Below, one piece after another: positions 1 through 12,880 of a stretch of 64,000 nucleotides of DNA. The position numbers and the translations under genes are program-made. The stretch's first letter is position 1, and every line of letters starts with the position of its first letter. The stretch comes from Lepidodermella squamata (lineage: Eukaryota; Animalia; Gastrotricha). The notes beneath the pieces were generated by a model. That model was not told the origin of the DNA and made no database searches. It saw nothing but the letters and a program-made list of their open reading frames with translations. Location of the stretch: positions 4,092,001 to 4,156,000 of the forward strand of contig JBLDXI010000013.1 of the NCBI GenBank assembly GCA_047495785.1, given 5' to 3'.

Positions 1-28
1 CGAAGAAGCTAGCCATCACACAAACCCG

Positions 29-580
29 TTGGAATTGATGACGATTAAAAAGATTAACGAGCAAGTGCAGTTGGTGGCAAGTCCTGCTGTGAAAAACATT
101 ACTCAACCACCGGATCACATGAGTGAATATCAGTCGAAATTTGGCTATTTCGGCCACATTATACTGCAGGGAGTTGTTAAGGAGCGACAGGCTCATCCCA
201 CCCCGGTTTCAGCGGTGACTGTGACACCATACGCCCAGCAATTACAGCAATATCAAACTCAAAAGCAGCAAGTTCAAAGGCGGCAATCGACGGCTTCGAC
301 TCCACAAGTGGTCACGCCGCAACAGCCTAGAATGTTAACACCTATGGCTGGGGTAAAAACTGAACCTGGCACCCCGGTTTACGGACTACCGGCCCGGTCG
401 CCTGGCCCGGCTCAGTTAGGACCTGGTACGCCTGGTATGGTGATGGGAGCGGCGAGGATGCATAATTTAGGTGCTAGGCCAGTTGTTCAGTCGATGACCC
501 CGGCGAGTAGCCCTGGTCCGCAACCGAACTCACAAATCACAGTACGAATTTTGGGCCAACAGCCCCCGGCGAGACAGTAG
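29..580 (+). CDS. 3' part of an unknown Q/P/G-rich low-complexity protein; probably a terminal exon or retroelement ORF tail running in from outside the window
   Basis: 183-codon open frame with no ATG at the called start; Q/P/G-rich; no recognisable domain. Confidence 0.3.
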   Translation: MELMTIKKINEQVQLVASPAVKNITQPPDHMSEYQSKFGYFGHIILQGVVKERQAHPTPVSAVTVTPYAQQLQQYQTQKQQVQRRQSTASTPQVVTPQQPRMLTPMAGVKTEPGTPVYGLPARSPGPAQLGPGTPGMVMGAARMHNLGARPVVQSMTPASSPGPQPNSQITVRILGQQPPARQ

Positions 581-1707
581 TCGCCGATAAAATTCTCAAG
601 ATTCCGGTGCGATGTTAATTGCCATCTCCATTGTAGAGCTCGACTACCGTGTCGTAAACAACTCGAGCGCGCACAGTAGTATCTCTCACTTGACACAAAT
701 TACTGCGGCCACGCTAAAAACCCTCGCTATGTTTACGCAATGTGACTGACATGAATCACTTGGCTGTGTAACTTGTCGTGAAACTACTGCCGTCTTTATC
801 ATTATTAATATTATATAGGTAATATAGCCACAAAATACACAAAACAAAGCTTAGAGAAATGATTTAGCGCACGCTCGTGTCGGAAGCGGCTACTTCTACT
901 TCCTGTGCTGAAAAAATGCTATATTATCTGACATTCCTTCGGTTGGTTTTGTGCATTTTGTGCGCTCGCTCAATTCTTTACAGAACGCGGAAATATTATA
1001 CTACATTCTTATTCTACATAAATTTCACCCGATGAAAATTAACGCTGCCTTTTTATTTTATTATCGTTGTTTAATTGCGTCTTTTTTATTATTATTAGGT
1101 TTTCTTTTTATCATGTTTTAACATTTCTGGGACCAAAAATAGCGTCAGGAGAACGGCGTCGTTTTCAGGTTAGTTTTTAATTGCTCATTAATGACCCGGA
1201 GAAAACTTTTGAGGGACATTTTGTAATTTTTTAAGATGGTCTCAAATTTTTTAATTTTATTTATTTTTTGGCTTTACCATCGTGAAAATTATCAAATAAC
1301 CCAATGTTTTTCCGTTTAAAATTTCAAAACCTTTTAGCCATTATTTAGGAATCGATTAAAATATGAAATATTCATGCCGTTTTTGCTACGTTAATCACAT
1401 TATTTCTATATTAGGATGTTTAATTTGATTAAAACGTACGTTTTAAATATCGAATAAATTGACCTTTATTTTCCCATTTTTTCTAAAAATTTCATAATTA
1501 AGATTTGATGTCTGCGAAAATCTAACATATTTTTTATTCTAGGTTTCGATTTTTGTGTTATCAATCGTGATAACCTGGCCTCTCTAACGCGCCGCCATTT
1601 TTTATACGAAACAATTGCTCAACCTATAATCCTCCGTCTTTCCCGCAACTCGTCGTCCTTCCTCAGTTATACCAAATATTATAGCTGTTGTAACCAATTC
1701 ATCGACT

Positions 1708-3870
1708 ATGGTAACGTCGGTCACACCGCCGTCGCCGTGTAAGCCGTCGAACGAATCGAAGAACTGCCTCGAGAAGTCCGCCTCAGACGAAGACCTAGCC
1801 GCTGCCTTGAAGGAATCGTCCAATTCTAACGCGCTGGTCAACGTCGCCCTACGCCCAACTACTATCCTATTTCATTTGCTGAGAAATCACCAATCGAACA
1901 ATATCGCATCGCCGACTTATCCGTCGTCTCCCGCCAAGAAAGGCTTTGTCGAGAGAATGTTTGGCCGGCGTAAATCTGTTACGTTGAACGAGTCTGATCC
2001 GACGTTTAAAACCGTGTATCTGGGCAATGTTGTGACGTCGCTGCCGAAGGGCGACGGGTGTCTTAAAAAGCCGCTCGAAGCCATTTGGAAGCACTACAAA
2101 ACGACGAAACAACCGCCGGCTGATATGACATTGACTGTTGGCAATGCTGGCTTGAAAGCGAGAACTGCTGAACAAGGCATCATTCAATACAAGGTAAATT
2201 GTTTATCCATAATCATATATATAAGCAGGATCTACGCCATTACCAGCTTTTTTACTAAATATTTCGTGTGAAATAGAATTTTTGAATACTTCGCTCGGCT
2301 TAAGTATCGAATCAATTAATTTATTGAATGGAGATTCAAATTTGAGCGATTGACGGTGATTAATGAATTATTTCAACCTACCCTTAACTTATTTTGCCAT
2401 GTTAACTTCTCCGATTTTCTTTAGGGGAAAATGGAACAGACATTCTTTAAACGTCAAGTGGACAAGTCCCATCGCGAGGAATAAATTAACTTCGGGTCCA
2501 AGTTCTACAAATTTCATTTAATTCGAGTATTAATTGAAGAATTGGAGATGGAACATTATATCAGTCGACTCGCGAGAAATAATGCGGATCTAAACCTCAG
2601 ATTTCTGACTTCGCAGGAAAATCCTTGAAAATTGTACTAAAATTTGATAATTCATCTATTTGAATTTTCAATTTGAATTTCGCGAGAGAAATAAATTGGG
2701 CGCTAAATTCGGAAATTCGAAAAATCAGTTTTCTAAGCTTTTTGTTTAACTTGGTGCGACTCCAAGAGCTTCATAACTTTCTTTAGATTAATCAACTGTG
2801 GATTTCGGAATTTCCCGTTTTGGATGTTGTAATACTGCAGTCCTTGTTCTCATTTTTATTTTGCCCGTTTTTTGTATCTATATTTAATTTTTTCAGGCCA
2901 ATCGTTTGACCCATTGCGCGGCGCCGCTGGAGTACCCGCGTCTATTCGCGTGGATTTACAAACACGACGCGAAGAACATGAAGTTCGAATCGCGCTGCCA
3001 CGCCGTTCTGTGCCACGACGAGTTCAAAGCGCGCGAACTCGCCGCCGCCCTCGAAACTCGCCTGCAATTCGTCTTCGCCGAGTGGCTGCGCCAAAAACGC
3101 TCGCGATCACAAATCCTCGACCGGCTGCGAAATCCCGAGGTAAAATTATATATTCTCATTTAAAAAATGTGGACGATCTCGTAATTTTAACAAGTTGAAA
3201 AATTCTCGAAAAATTGCGCTTTTATTTTAGCATAACAGATTATTATTATTATAAGGCCTTAATTGTTTTTCTCAGATTAAAATTTTGATTTTATCTATTT
3301 TTTTCACACGGGAAACATTTATACTCATGTCAAACCGGTGCATTTTCGTACTCACATCAAACCCGTGTGTTTCATTCCCAACGGTGCGAAAAATAACGCG
3401 CTGTGGTGTATTCCAACTACAACTACATAATGCTTGTTTTTTCCATTAAAAAACAGCTCGCCGCCGCGCTACCGGCGATACCGGCTCGCAAGCAAATGCT
3501 ATCAGCTGGTCAAAAATACAAGCCTCAGGAGGCGAAGGCGAGGTCCTTGTCGTCGATCCGCGAGGCGTCGGATGAAGACCCGTCGTCCGAGGACGACGAC
3601 GACCACAATTTGTCGATACTGATGGCGGATCGGCTCGGGCTGGAGACTCGGGACAGGGCGTACTCGTTTTCGGGCGAGTCGACCCCGCCCACGGCGTTGT
3701 TCGAAGACATCGCCGAGGAGGAAGAGGAGGACCCAGAGTTCGACTACCGGCAAGACTTGAATCCGCCTTATCTAGTTAACGGCGACTCGCCTAGCTGCAG
3801 TAGCCATAGTAGTAACAGCGAGAATAATTTCAAATCCTCAAATAAATCGTCACAATTCACGAGTCGGTAG
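1708..3870 (+). CDS. FAM43: FAM43-like PTB/PID domain protein, 3 coding exons (1708-2193, 2897-3139, 3457-3870)
   Basis: Spliced at GT-AG sites it reads DPTFKTVYLGNVVT..KGDGC...ANRLTHCAAPLEYPRLFAWIYKH..KFESRCHAVLC..KAREL, then IPARKQMLSAGQKYKP. This matches the FAM43A/B pattern (YLGN..RGDGC, FAWVYRH, LRCHAVL). Confidence 0.85.
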
Positions 3871-6037
3871 TAGAAAATGTAAATATTTCAGAAAAAATAA
3901 TTAATTATACCAAGAATCCATAACAAGAAATTATATAAATAATTTAATATAATATAAATACAACTGATTTGCCGAAAAATTCTAATGATATTTGGAGTGG
4001 GGTTGTGAATGAACCAAAAAACATCTTTCGAAGCTAATTTTTCTTGTTGTTCCATCGTTGTTGGTTGTCTTCTAATTTGAGATCAATATCGACCGGTTTT
4101 TTACTCATAATTTTTCGCGATGAGATAATTTTGTGTAATTTCGTTATTATGAATAAAATTGCACCACCTGTCACCCTGTTATTGCTCATGTTTGCTCTTA
4201 TTTTTTCCGCCGCAACATTGTTCCACGTTTTCTCCCTCCTCGAAATCTCTCTCTCTCTCTCGAAATACAAAATCTGCACCCATCGAATCTTTTCCGCTAT
4301 GCATGTAATAATAATCAAGTTATAAAATTTGTTTCAATTCTTGATTTTTTTATTGCGATATTTTTTGTTAATTCGCTGTGTTTTCATGATCAATTCGGAT
4401 GCAGTTTTTTCTGTACATTTTTTCGGACCAAGTTGCTTGTTGCGATATACCTATATTCTTGTATATTGTTTGTCTTGGCTCGCTTCGCCTGAATGAGTTG
4501 ATGATGATGGAAGGGCGCGTGTTTTGCAGCGCCTTTTTCGCGAATTTTCTAAGATGTGGTTTTGATGAAGATATTCATAATATTCTTTATACACGGCACG
4601 CGATGATAATGTCATATATTATATTATATTGATACGTTTCTACTCTATAATATTGTATAATTGAAATAGTAAAAGAATGAAAAGTGCGAACATTTTGATG
4701 GCGATGATTCACCAAGAGTACCTATTGTTGCTGTTGCGCGGCGCCTGTTGAAGAGCGGCCGTTAGGTAAATATTATGAATAAATGATATGGCGATGAGTA
4801 ACCGAATAAAAAATCTGAAAGCTCGTCTTCTCGCGGTGTTTACCCTTGACTCGCCTGAAATTGTTGAAATATTTGAGCAGAAAATGTTGGCGAAAATGAA
4901 AAACGTTCCGAGGGTCCGAAGTAAGCAGACTCAGCATTTTTAGCCCAAATTTTGAATATTCGAAAAAAATAATGTAGGGTGACTATGGGTCTAGAAGGTA
5001 AAATAATGAGTCTCTGCACCCGCAAATTGCCTCATGGTGGAAACGCAAGGTCACGTGACACGGAATTTGCCGATAGAAATATTGGGTTTCGAATTTTCAA
5101 TTTGACAGGACACAACTTCGAAAAATTCTCCCTACTAGGCTAAAATAGCCTAACCGCTACGTTAGATTATTCTCGAGGCTTAGATCAAAGATGGAGGAAA
5201 TTTTTCATTAATATGGATTTTCACAGTATAACATATCTCAAGGGAATCAAAGTTCACATTGGGTAAAGGGTAAAGAGCTCTTACCTATCACGATTTGGCT
5301 CACTTTTACAACGCCCAATTTCTAGTGACCTGAGGGGTCCTGGTCCATCGAAGCGTTGTGATCGAGGGAAAAGTTTAAATTTGCAATTTTTTTACGCAAC
5401 AATGAACGACCTGATAAGAGCCAAATTTTACTTGGCCATACCTAAGAGCTACCTGTGGTAGAAATATTGGTCCACCAGAGTCACCCATTCAATTTTTTTC
5501 AAGACTCGAAGTGTGCCTTTTTCTTTCAATCTCAACCCTGATAGTGGAGTGATTTTGGACTTGGGACAATAATTTATCAAATGCAACTGAGAAGAGTTTT
5601 ATTTTTCTTGAATTTAAAACAGCTGAATTATAAAAAATACCTGTAATTTATCTTCTTCAAAATTTAACTCAATTTTTAAGGCGAATCTTGAAACTCCCGA
5701 GGCCGTCCGAAATTGTCTCATTATTAGCCAAACATATTTGAAATTGCCAAAAATCAGGTAAAAATAGTAGTAAAATTCCCAAAATTTACAGGAAAATAAG
5801 GAATCGCCTTGCCCACCTCTTGTTTAAAAGTTTTAAGCAAAGACTGATTGTAAACCTTCGGAAAACAGGTTTTTTTCAAAAGAGACCACTCGTTACGTTA
5901 TTTCATTCCAAAATTATTGGATCAGATGTCGGTAAAATTCTTGATTCCTGATTACGCATCCCATTACGATTGGGAACAAAAAGTGAACATGTAACAAAGC
6001 GCTGTGTTACATGCTTTACAAAGTTGGAGATTCCCAG

Positions 6038-6050
6038 TCTATAAATAGCC
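6038..6050 (+). promoter_or_regulatory. TATA box of the secreted VWA-like gene
   Basis: TATAAATA about 65 nt upstream of the ATG at 6105. Confidence 0.5.
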
Positions 6051-6104
6051 TAGGCCTCGATTGAAAATAATCATCAACCTTGATCATTTATTTCTTTCTT
6101 TCCA

Positions 6105-7261
6105 ATGAAAATGCAATTCGGTCTGCCATTATCGCTGATGCTTGTTGGCTTGGCGCTGAGCGACGAACGCGACGAAGAACAGCGGCAGCAGGTTCAATTC
6201 GGCGCTGATTTGGGCTCATTCCGGACACTGCCGAAATTCACTGAAACTCGACACCGCGACGAGAAACCGTCATCGACTGAAAAACAGCGCGAAAGCAGTA
6301 AACGAAAAGAAGATGAATCATCAACCCGACGCGGTGACAAGCACGAGTCGTCAAAATCGCCGTTCCGCTTGGACGAAAAATCGAAGCAGCAGCTACTCGA
6401 GCGAAAATCCGAACACGTGCTCTTCTCGAAGGTTGTCGATTTCTTTGTCAATAACCCGAACACGAAATGGGAACGCGAGTGCTTCGCCAAGCTGAAACCG
6501 GATGAATCGATCGATTTCGTCATCGATTTGGCGCCGAGTCCTTCGCAGGATAAGCTTGACAAGTTGATTGCCGAGTCGCCGCTTGGCCTCTACATGCAAC
6601 AGCACTACCGAACCGCAACCAGGGCCTATTTCTCCGCTGTTGAACTCTTCATCGAACTCGTCACGTTTGACATCAGGCCCGAGTCGACTCATACGGTGAT
6701 TTACGAAAATGGCCGGAAATATTACATTCGTGGCAAGAAGATTGACGAATCCGTGGCGAAGGAGGAGAGGAAATCGGAATTCTCCGACCAGAAGCGCAAT
6801 TTGTTGACCATGTGGCCGATACCGACCAAATCGGTTCCGGAAACTTTCCTCAGCAGCATTGTGAAGAACAATCTTGGCCGCTTGACCCGTCTCGCTCTAA
6901 TGAACCGTGACAATGGCCTGCCTACAGGTATTTTTTTAATTTGAATCTTTTTATTGCGATTCGAATTTTTTTTATTAATTTTCGATTTTAATTTTATTTA
7001 GTTTTGGCTGGAAAGCGTCGTTCCAAGCCTGTTTACACCATCGTGATTTCTGACGGCTGGTCTGGCGCCAAAATTCACGATCTATCCGACGATCTGGCGC
7101 GAACTTCTGTCATCGATGTTGGCAATCACCGCTTCATCAAGAACGTCGAATGGAAAGACCTCGATCAATTGGCTAGCTACGTCACCATCGGCGCTCCGCA
7201 GCAACTCTTGTTGTTCACTGACACGACACGCTTCTTGACGTGCCAATTGTTCAGCTCATAA
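6105..7261 (+). CDS. Secreted protein with charged N-terminal region and a divergent von Willebrand factor A-like domain (2 exons, intron about 6928-7001)
   Basis: Signal peptide MKMQFGLPLSLMLVGLALS; SIDFVIDLAPS resembles VWA beta-1/DxSxS; YTIVISDGWS resembles IVITDG; DLDQLAS resembles the VWA C-terminal helix; AATAAA near 7308. Confidence 0.55.
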
Positions 7262-7432
7262 GATAATCACGCGATTAACCCCTTTTTAAATTGTAATAAT
7301 CTTCCTTAATAAAACGACTCACTATTATGATGCCTTGTCGAATTTTATTGGTTAAAAAACGTCATTTCGTTAGTGAAAATTGCAAAAAAGGAGTGACTGG
7401 AATTGTAGAGAAATAGCGAAGAATTTGTTGTT

Positions 7433-7801
<369 letters not shown>

Positions 7802-8089
7802 GTTTTGTACTTGAAATGAATGAAGTAGTTGGTACGCAGAAAAAAATCGATGAATCAGCAGTAGCTAGTATGCGTGTGTGAATGCAAAAAAAAAACTGAG
7901 CTGCGGTCGTATATAAAGGCTAATAATGTGCGCGCGTTTTTATTGGTCAGTGTGAAAAAATGCAATTATAAAGAAGCATACTCAGTATGTTGATTGGCTA
8001 GCTCTATAATTCACATGCCTTGTGATTGGTCGACTGTACATGATGCGTGCATACCGCAGCACGTGATCTCACGCCACCTGTTGATTCTG

Positions 8090-8410
8090 ACTGAATTTAA
8101 ATTGAATTTATTGAAACTGCCATTTCGCGTTGCGCTAGTACACAGTGTTATGTTGTTATATATAGTATTTACGGAGATTTACAGGCGTCTCACCGTCGAA
8201 ACACAGTGTTTAGTAATATCATTAAACAAATTAGGTAAAATATATTTTTTAAACACAGAAATAGAGCGCGCGTTGATAACGGTTTCAGGTATTTTGTTCC
8301 ATATTTTATAGATTCTATTTCCAATACAAAACTTTTGAGGGTCCGTTCGACATATGGATGGAACAATATGGCGTTTTGCCTTTTTAAGGTTCGTTGTGCT
8401 AGTGAATAGG
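8090..8410 (-). mobile_element. 3' end of a CR1/L2-like LINE (ORF2 C-terminus and 3' UTR), split by the transposon insertion
   Basis: RTDPQKFCIGNRIYKIWNKIPETVINARSISVFK matches the CR1-type FxNRVxxxWNxLP tail; AATAAA plus short repeats near 8105. Confidence 0.8.
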
Positions 8411-8659
8411 CATGCTGTCGGCAGCGTCATCGGTGCCCATATTGCAAGCCGAAAATCCGCAACGACTGTCACGTTTATTTTTAATTGTTTATTAAATATA
8501 TTATATTAAATAATAATATTGTTAATCGGAATACAATGAAAATATTAAATAGCAACCCCTTCAACGTTCAACACGTTGCTAGGGGGCTCGGATGCGGTTT
8601 TTTTTCCCTAAAGCGGCAGCTGCTTCTAACCACTTGACGTCGTTATTCGCGCCAATCTG
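8411..8659 (+). repeat. Left terminal inverted repeat
   Basis: Reverse complement of 17618-17862 apart from three small indels. Confidence 0.97.
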
Positions 8660-8711
8660 AATATCCCTGTATTGTGACTGCTGATAGCATTGCTTTCGCT
8701 TTGCTTAAGGA

Positions 8712-11645
8712 ATGACTAATTATGTTGATATACCTCGCCCTGCTGTTACGCTAGTTTCGCCAGTTCAGAGTTAGTTCTGCCATGAAGCATTTTCTTATCG
8801 GATGGTTGCTTATAGGTGTTACAAATTAATCACAGATCAAAGTTAATCACAGAACCATACATGATGCATTTCAAGCGGGCATGATGTGTTTACCTCTTTG
8901 TTTCAACTTTTTAAATGTATCTCTAGATTTTTACTTGATGTCAAATCACAGTCTTGGGTCGGCAGGTTTGTTGAAGAAGTTAATGCTTCCAACTGCAACT
9001 ACTGACGATGCAAGTACCCCTCGTGTTCTTGGAGGTTTCCTTCGATTTCTTTGAAAAAAACTGTGAGTCTCCTTCCTATATTATTTTTCAGTCCTCAATG
9101 GTGCCTCTGCGATTCGGAGATCTCCTATGTTGCCTCTTTCGCCTTTGGTTTTGTCTATTGTCTCTACTCCGAAAGCTGTATTGTCGCCGTATATCGGTAT
9201 TCTTGCCATCGATAAAAAAATAGTTGCAATTTACAACTTTATTTCTTACTGGTATTAGCAAACTCTGCTAGTTCAGTTTTGACTGCAGTCACACCGCCTA
9301 GAATCGCCCCCAAGCGGTCGTTAGGCGCAGAAGCTGCTCCTCCTATTGGGCTAACACCGGCTAAAACCGTCCCCAAGCGATTGCTAGAAGGGAAAGCTTT
9401 GGAAGACTACAAAACAATCCGTTCATTAGGTGAGCATTTTATCTATTATGCCAGAATTTCCCTAATAATTGATTCTCAGAAGCTCAACTTGCTGCTACCA
9501 AGAGCAATCTTGACGAATGTCGCCGTGAGAGGGACATTTTTAAGACTTTTGTACCTCAAGGATTGGCCCTCAACGTCAAGGAACAAAATCCATTAGCTTT
9601 ATTGAGTCGCCAAAAACGATGCGATCGGCACAAAGGGCAGCTAATCAAGCCCTTGAATGCGCTGTTCGGGAGACTATCGAGCTTCGGTAGTTTCTATCCT
9701 GTCACCTCCCTGTCTGTACAAGTTAGTTTTTTTAATTATTGCTCAGAATTCATCTACACCTCACTCGTTGTCTAGGTGAACTTTAGCCATGGTGTTGCTG
9801 CAAAGAAAATTTGGGTTGGTGACGATGAGGCTAGGAAAACAGCCCTTAGAAGGTAAGATTTAAACTATTGCTAGCAATTAGTAGCAACTGATGACTTGTT
9901 TTAATCTAGTCTCGTGCGAGATTACTCCACGAAGTATTGGTCCATGAGGACGGTGTTTAAAATACTAAAAACCTCAACATATCAAATAACTCAGCGCGAA
10001 TTCGAACAAGAAAAGAAAATCCTAGCAAACATCCTGCCCATCCAGGTTGTTGTCGTTCCGGAGGGTAAAGACGTGACCAGTGCTGCTTTCGTGCTTCCTA
10101 GTCGTCAGATACCTTACCTTTTTCGCAATGGAATCGTTCCGAAGCCCGTGGCTCCAACTGTCAACATCCGTATTCAAGGCAAATACATTTTAAACTGAAA
10201 TTTCCAATATTTATTTTTATTTCTTTTCTAGGCGATGGTACGATTTTCCGGACGGGCAAATTTCCTCATTACCGACTCAATTACGGCTTTTTTCATCAGA
10301 AAGTCGCCGTCTCAACTGTAACCGAATACACTGCGGGCGTGTTTTTCGGCAAGGAATCGCGAGAAAACCTGGAATATTTATTGCCAGTATTCGATGATTT
10401 TAACGAGCTGAAAGTTACAGGCCTCACACTTGATGATGGTGTCAAATTAGATGTTACACTGTAAGTTGCCTCAGGCTTTTTCCAGAAGTCATTTATTTCA
10501 ATATTCTTTAAATATAGTTCCATTTGCGCTGATCTACCGGCTATTGGCAAGCTGGTTGGAACTAGCCACACCGACGCGCTTGGCTGCCCATGTTGCGTCT
10601 TCAATTTTGTTGACGACGCAAAGCCTTTGAATGTTCTCATCGACGAAAACGATCGCAAGCCGAAGCGCGATCTGCCTTCCAGCCTCGTTAAAATCGACGC
10701 TGACGACATTTACTGGTGCTCTCTTCACTGTGCCTTGCGTATCGCGTTCCTTGTTCTTCGAGCGGTAAGATCGTCATATCTATTCTCATTGCTCTTATTA
10801 TATTTTATTTTTTTTTATAGTTTTTTCTGTTTATGAAGGAGTCCGTGGTGGATTATGAGCTACGCATCTCCCAACTCGTCCAAAGTTACGACCGAAAGGC
10901 AGTTGTCAGCTTTGAAAAGAGCGAGGTGAAAATCAGCAACATGAATCACCACACGCTTTTCAAGCTGCTATTCGATGCTGACGAACTGTGGTCGCCGATG
11001 TCGGTCTGCAGGGGTGGTTGGGAAGTCGATTACGTCCTGAAGCAGCATCGCGGCTCGAAACCATTTAGCGACTTCCTCGCGCAAAAGCAGATTTCCGCCA
11101 AGTCTCTCACTCGCAAGGAGCTTGCTAGCGCAGCCGTTGACCACGGCTTTTTGGTCGAAGGGTCCCCGATTCAGGCCAAGTTGGTCCAGTTCGCTGAAGC
11201 CAAGAAGCTCTACAAAAAGCTATTCGCTCTAATTCGCTGTAAAGATCAGTCTATTCCGATTCCCGATTCCGACGCAGATTTTCACGCTTTCGCGAACCTC
11301 GTCCGTCGGCTTTCGGGATGCTATACCCCCTACCTTCACATATTTCAATTCCACACTTGGGATAGACTTGAACGTCTTCGCCTCGCTGGAACCTATCTTG
11401 CCGCCATTTCGGGTGAAAATGTCGAAATCCTGCACAAGATCGGGAAAGAACAGCTTGCGCATCAAGTCTGTCTTATAGGCGGTCATGAGAGTCAGCAGAT
11501 TATGGAATTGTGCAATGTCCGTTTGGCCTCGGATATTGGTGCGAATAATGCTTACATCGAATCTCAGCCAACTGTAGTTACATCAGCTGTCAACTTCAGC
11601 GATTCTAATGATTTCGAGCCATTCGATTTCACGTGCGATTGTTGA
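8712..11645 (+). CDS. Multi-exon DDE transposase, RAG1/Transib-like (CMC superfamily in the broad sense); 5' exons approximate
   Basis: Spliced core: IRIQG-D-GT ... GKESRENL ... SICA-D-LPAIGKLVG ... GCPCC ... WCSLHCALRI ... YTPYLHIFQFH ... LAAISGENV-E-ILHK. It has the D,D,E triad plus CxxC and H(4)H motifs, paralleling RAG1 DG / YDEK / CxLC / LHCD / TNYFHKTLAH / SEGNESGNK. Exons from 10232 to 11645 join in frame. Confidence 0.85.
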
Positions 11646-12880
11646 TTTTTCTTATTTCAATACGACTAATATTTTGAGTATTAATCTGAGTCTTTCAATG
11701 GATGTTTTGCATGGCTTTGTTGACTAAAAATGAGTATTCGTTCATTACTTTCATTTTTCGATGGCGATCTCGTTGTAGTTATAATTCGCAAAAAATCTTG
11801 TTTTCAATCTTGACTGAATGATAATTATTTGTGGTCTTAGCTAGTCCCACTAATCGATGGGCAATATATTTGTTTAATGCCGCCTTAATAATTGCTTGTA
11901 TTACTGATTAGAGGATACGTCTCTGAAAATACGTTTTTCAAATAGGAATAATTGTGGTTTCATATATTCATTTTGTATAAAATTGACTACGCCGCTTTTC
12001 AATCAACACTATGTCTCAGCCGATTAATTCCTCTTTTCTTCGTGACTATTGATCGTTCCATATGTTGTTAACCCGTGCAAACCGACATCGGTGATCAGTT
12101 CATCATCATCGAATAGCTGTTTGAAAATCGTGTGTTTTATTCTATTTTAATTATCACGTTCTGAGACGTCAACCGCCTTAATGATTTGGGGTCTTACCCA
12201 GTCCTACCGGTATTTCGATAATTCTCCACCTTAAATAATTACAAAAATTATAATTATATTATTGGAAAAATCTATCCGGTGGAATGTCGGTTTTATGGCC
12301 ATATAAAACCGCCTTGATATTGTTTAATAATGTATATTTTCTTCTCTGAGTTCGTTTTTTATAACGAAATCTCGTGCTTGATTAATATGGCGAATTCATT
12401 ATTTTATTATCATCGGCTGGTTTCATTGATATACGCTTTCCGATTTTCGATGAATTCGTATTAATTTAGCTCGACTTTCGTTTTCAGCTATCTCAATATT
12501 TTTTGTGATATTATTCGATAATTTCAAAGTTTTACGCCGATAATGTATAGCGGTATACAAAGCCACCTTAATAATATTTATGAGCTCCTAATTGGAATTA
12601 TCTCCTGATTTGCTATAAAATAGCATCCTCTCATTGAAACTCAGCTCTTTCTAAGCCGTTCTGTTATCTCTGCACCGACCTATTAATGGTATTGTTCGAT
12701 CTTCCGAGCTAAAAATCTTCACTAATTTGCCATTCGGTAATAAATAAACAGGAAACAAATAAAAAGCATGCCATGCGTGTGTTTTATTACGTGTTAAAAA
12801 TTGCGATTGTACAATATTGCGTTGAAGCAGCCATCATTCATTAGACAAAAAGCAACGAGAAAATCGGACAATTAAATGTA

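Noticed and set aside
614-846. Possible LTR (TG...CA) after the first ORF
   Set aside because: No clear polypurine tract, no second copy in the window, and no retroelement domain in the ORF
8411-8450. RSS-like heptamer/nonamer in the TIR
   Set aside because: Terminus is CATGCTG, not CACAGTG/CACTATG; no 12/23 asymmetry since both TIRs are the same
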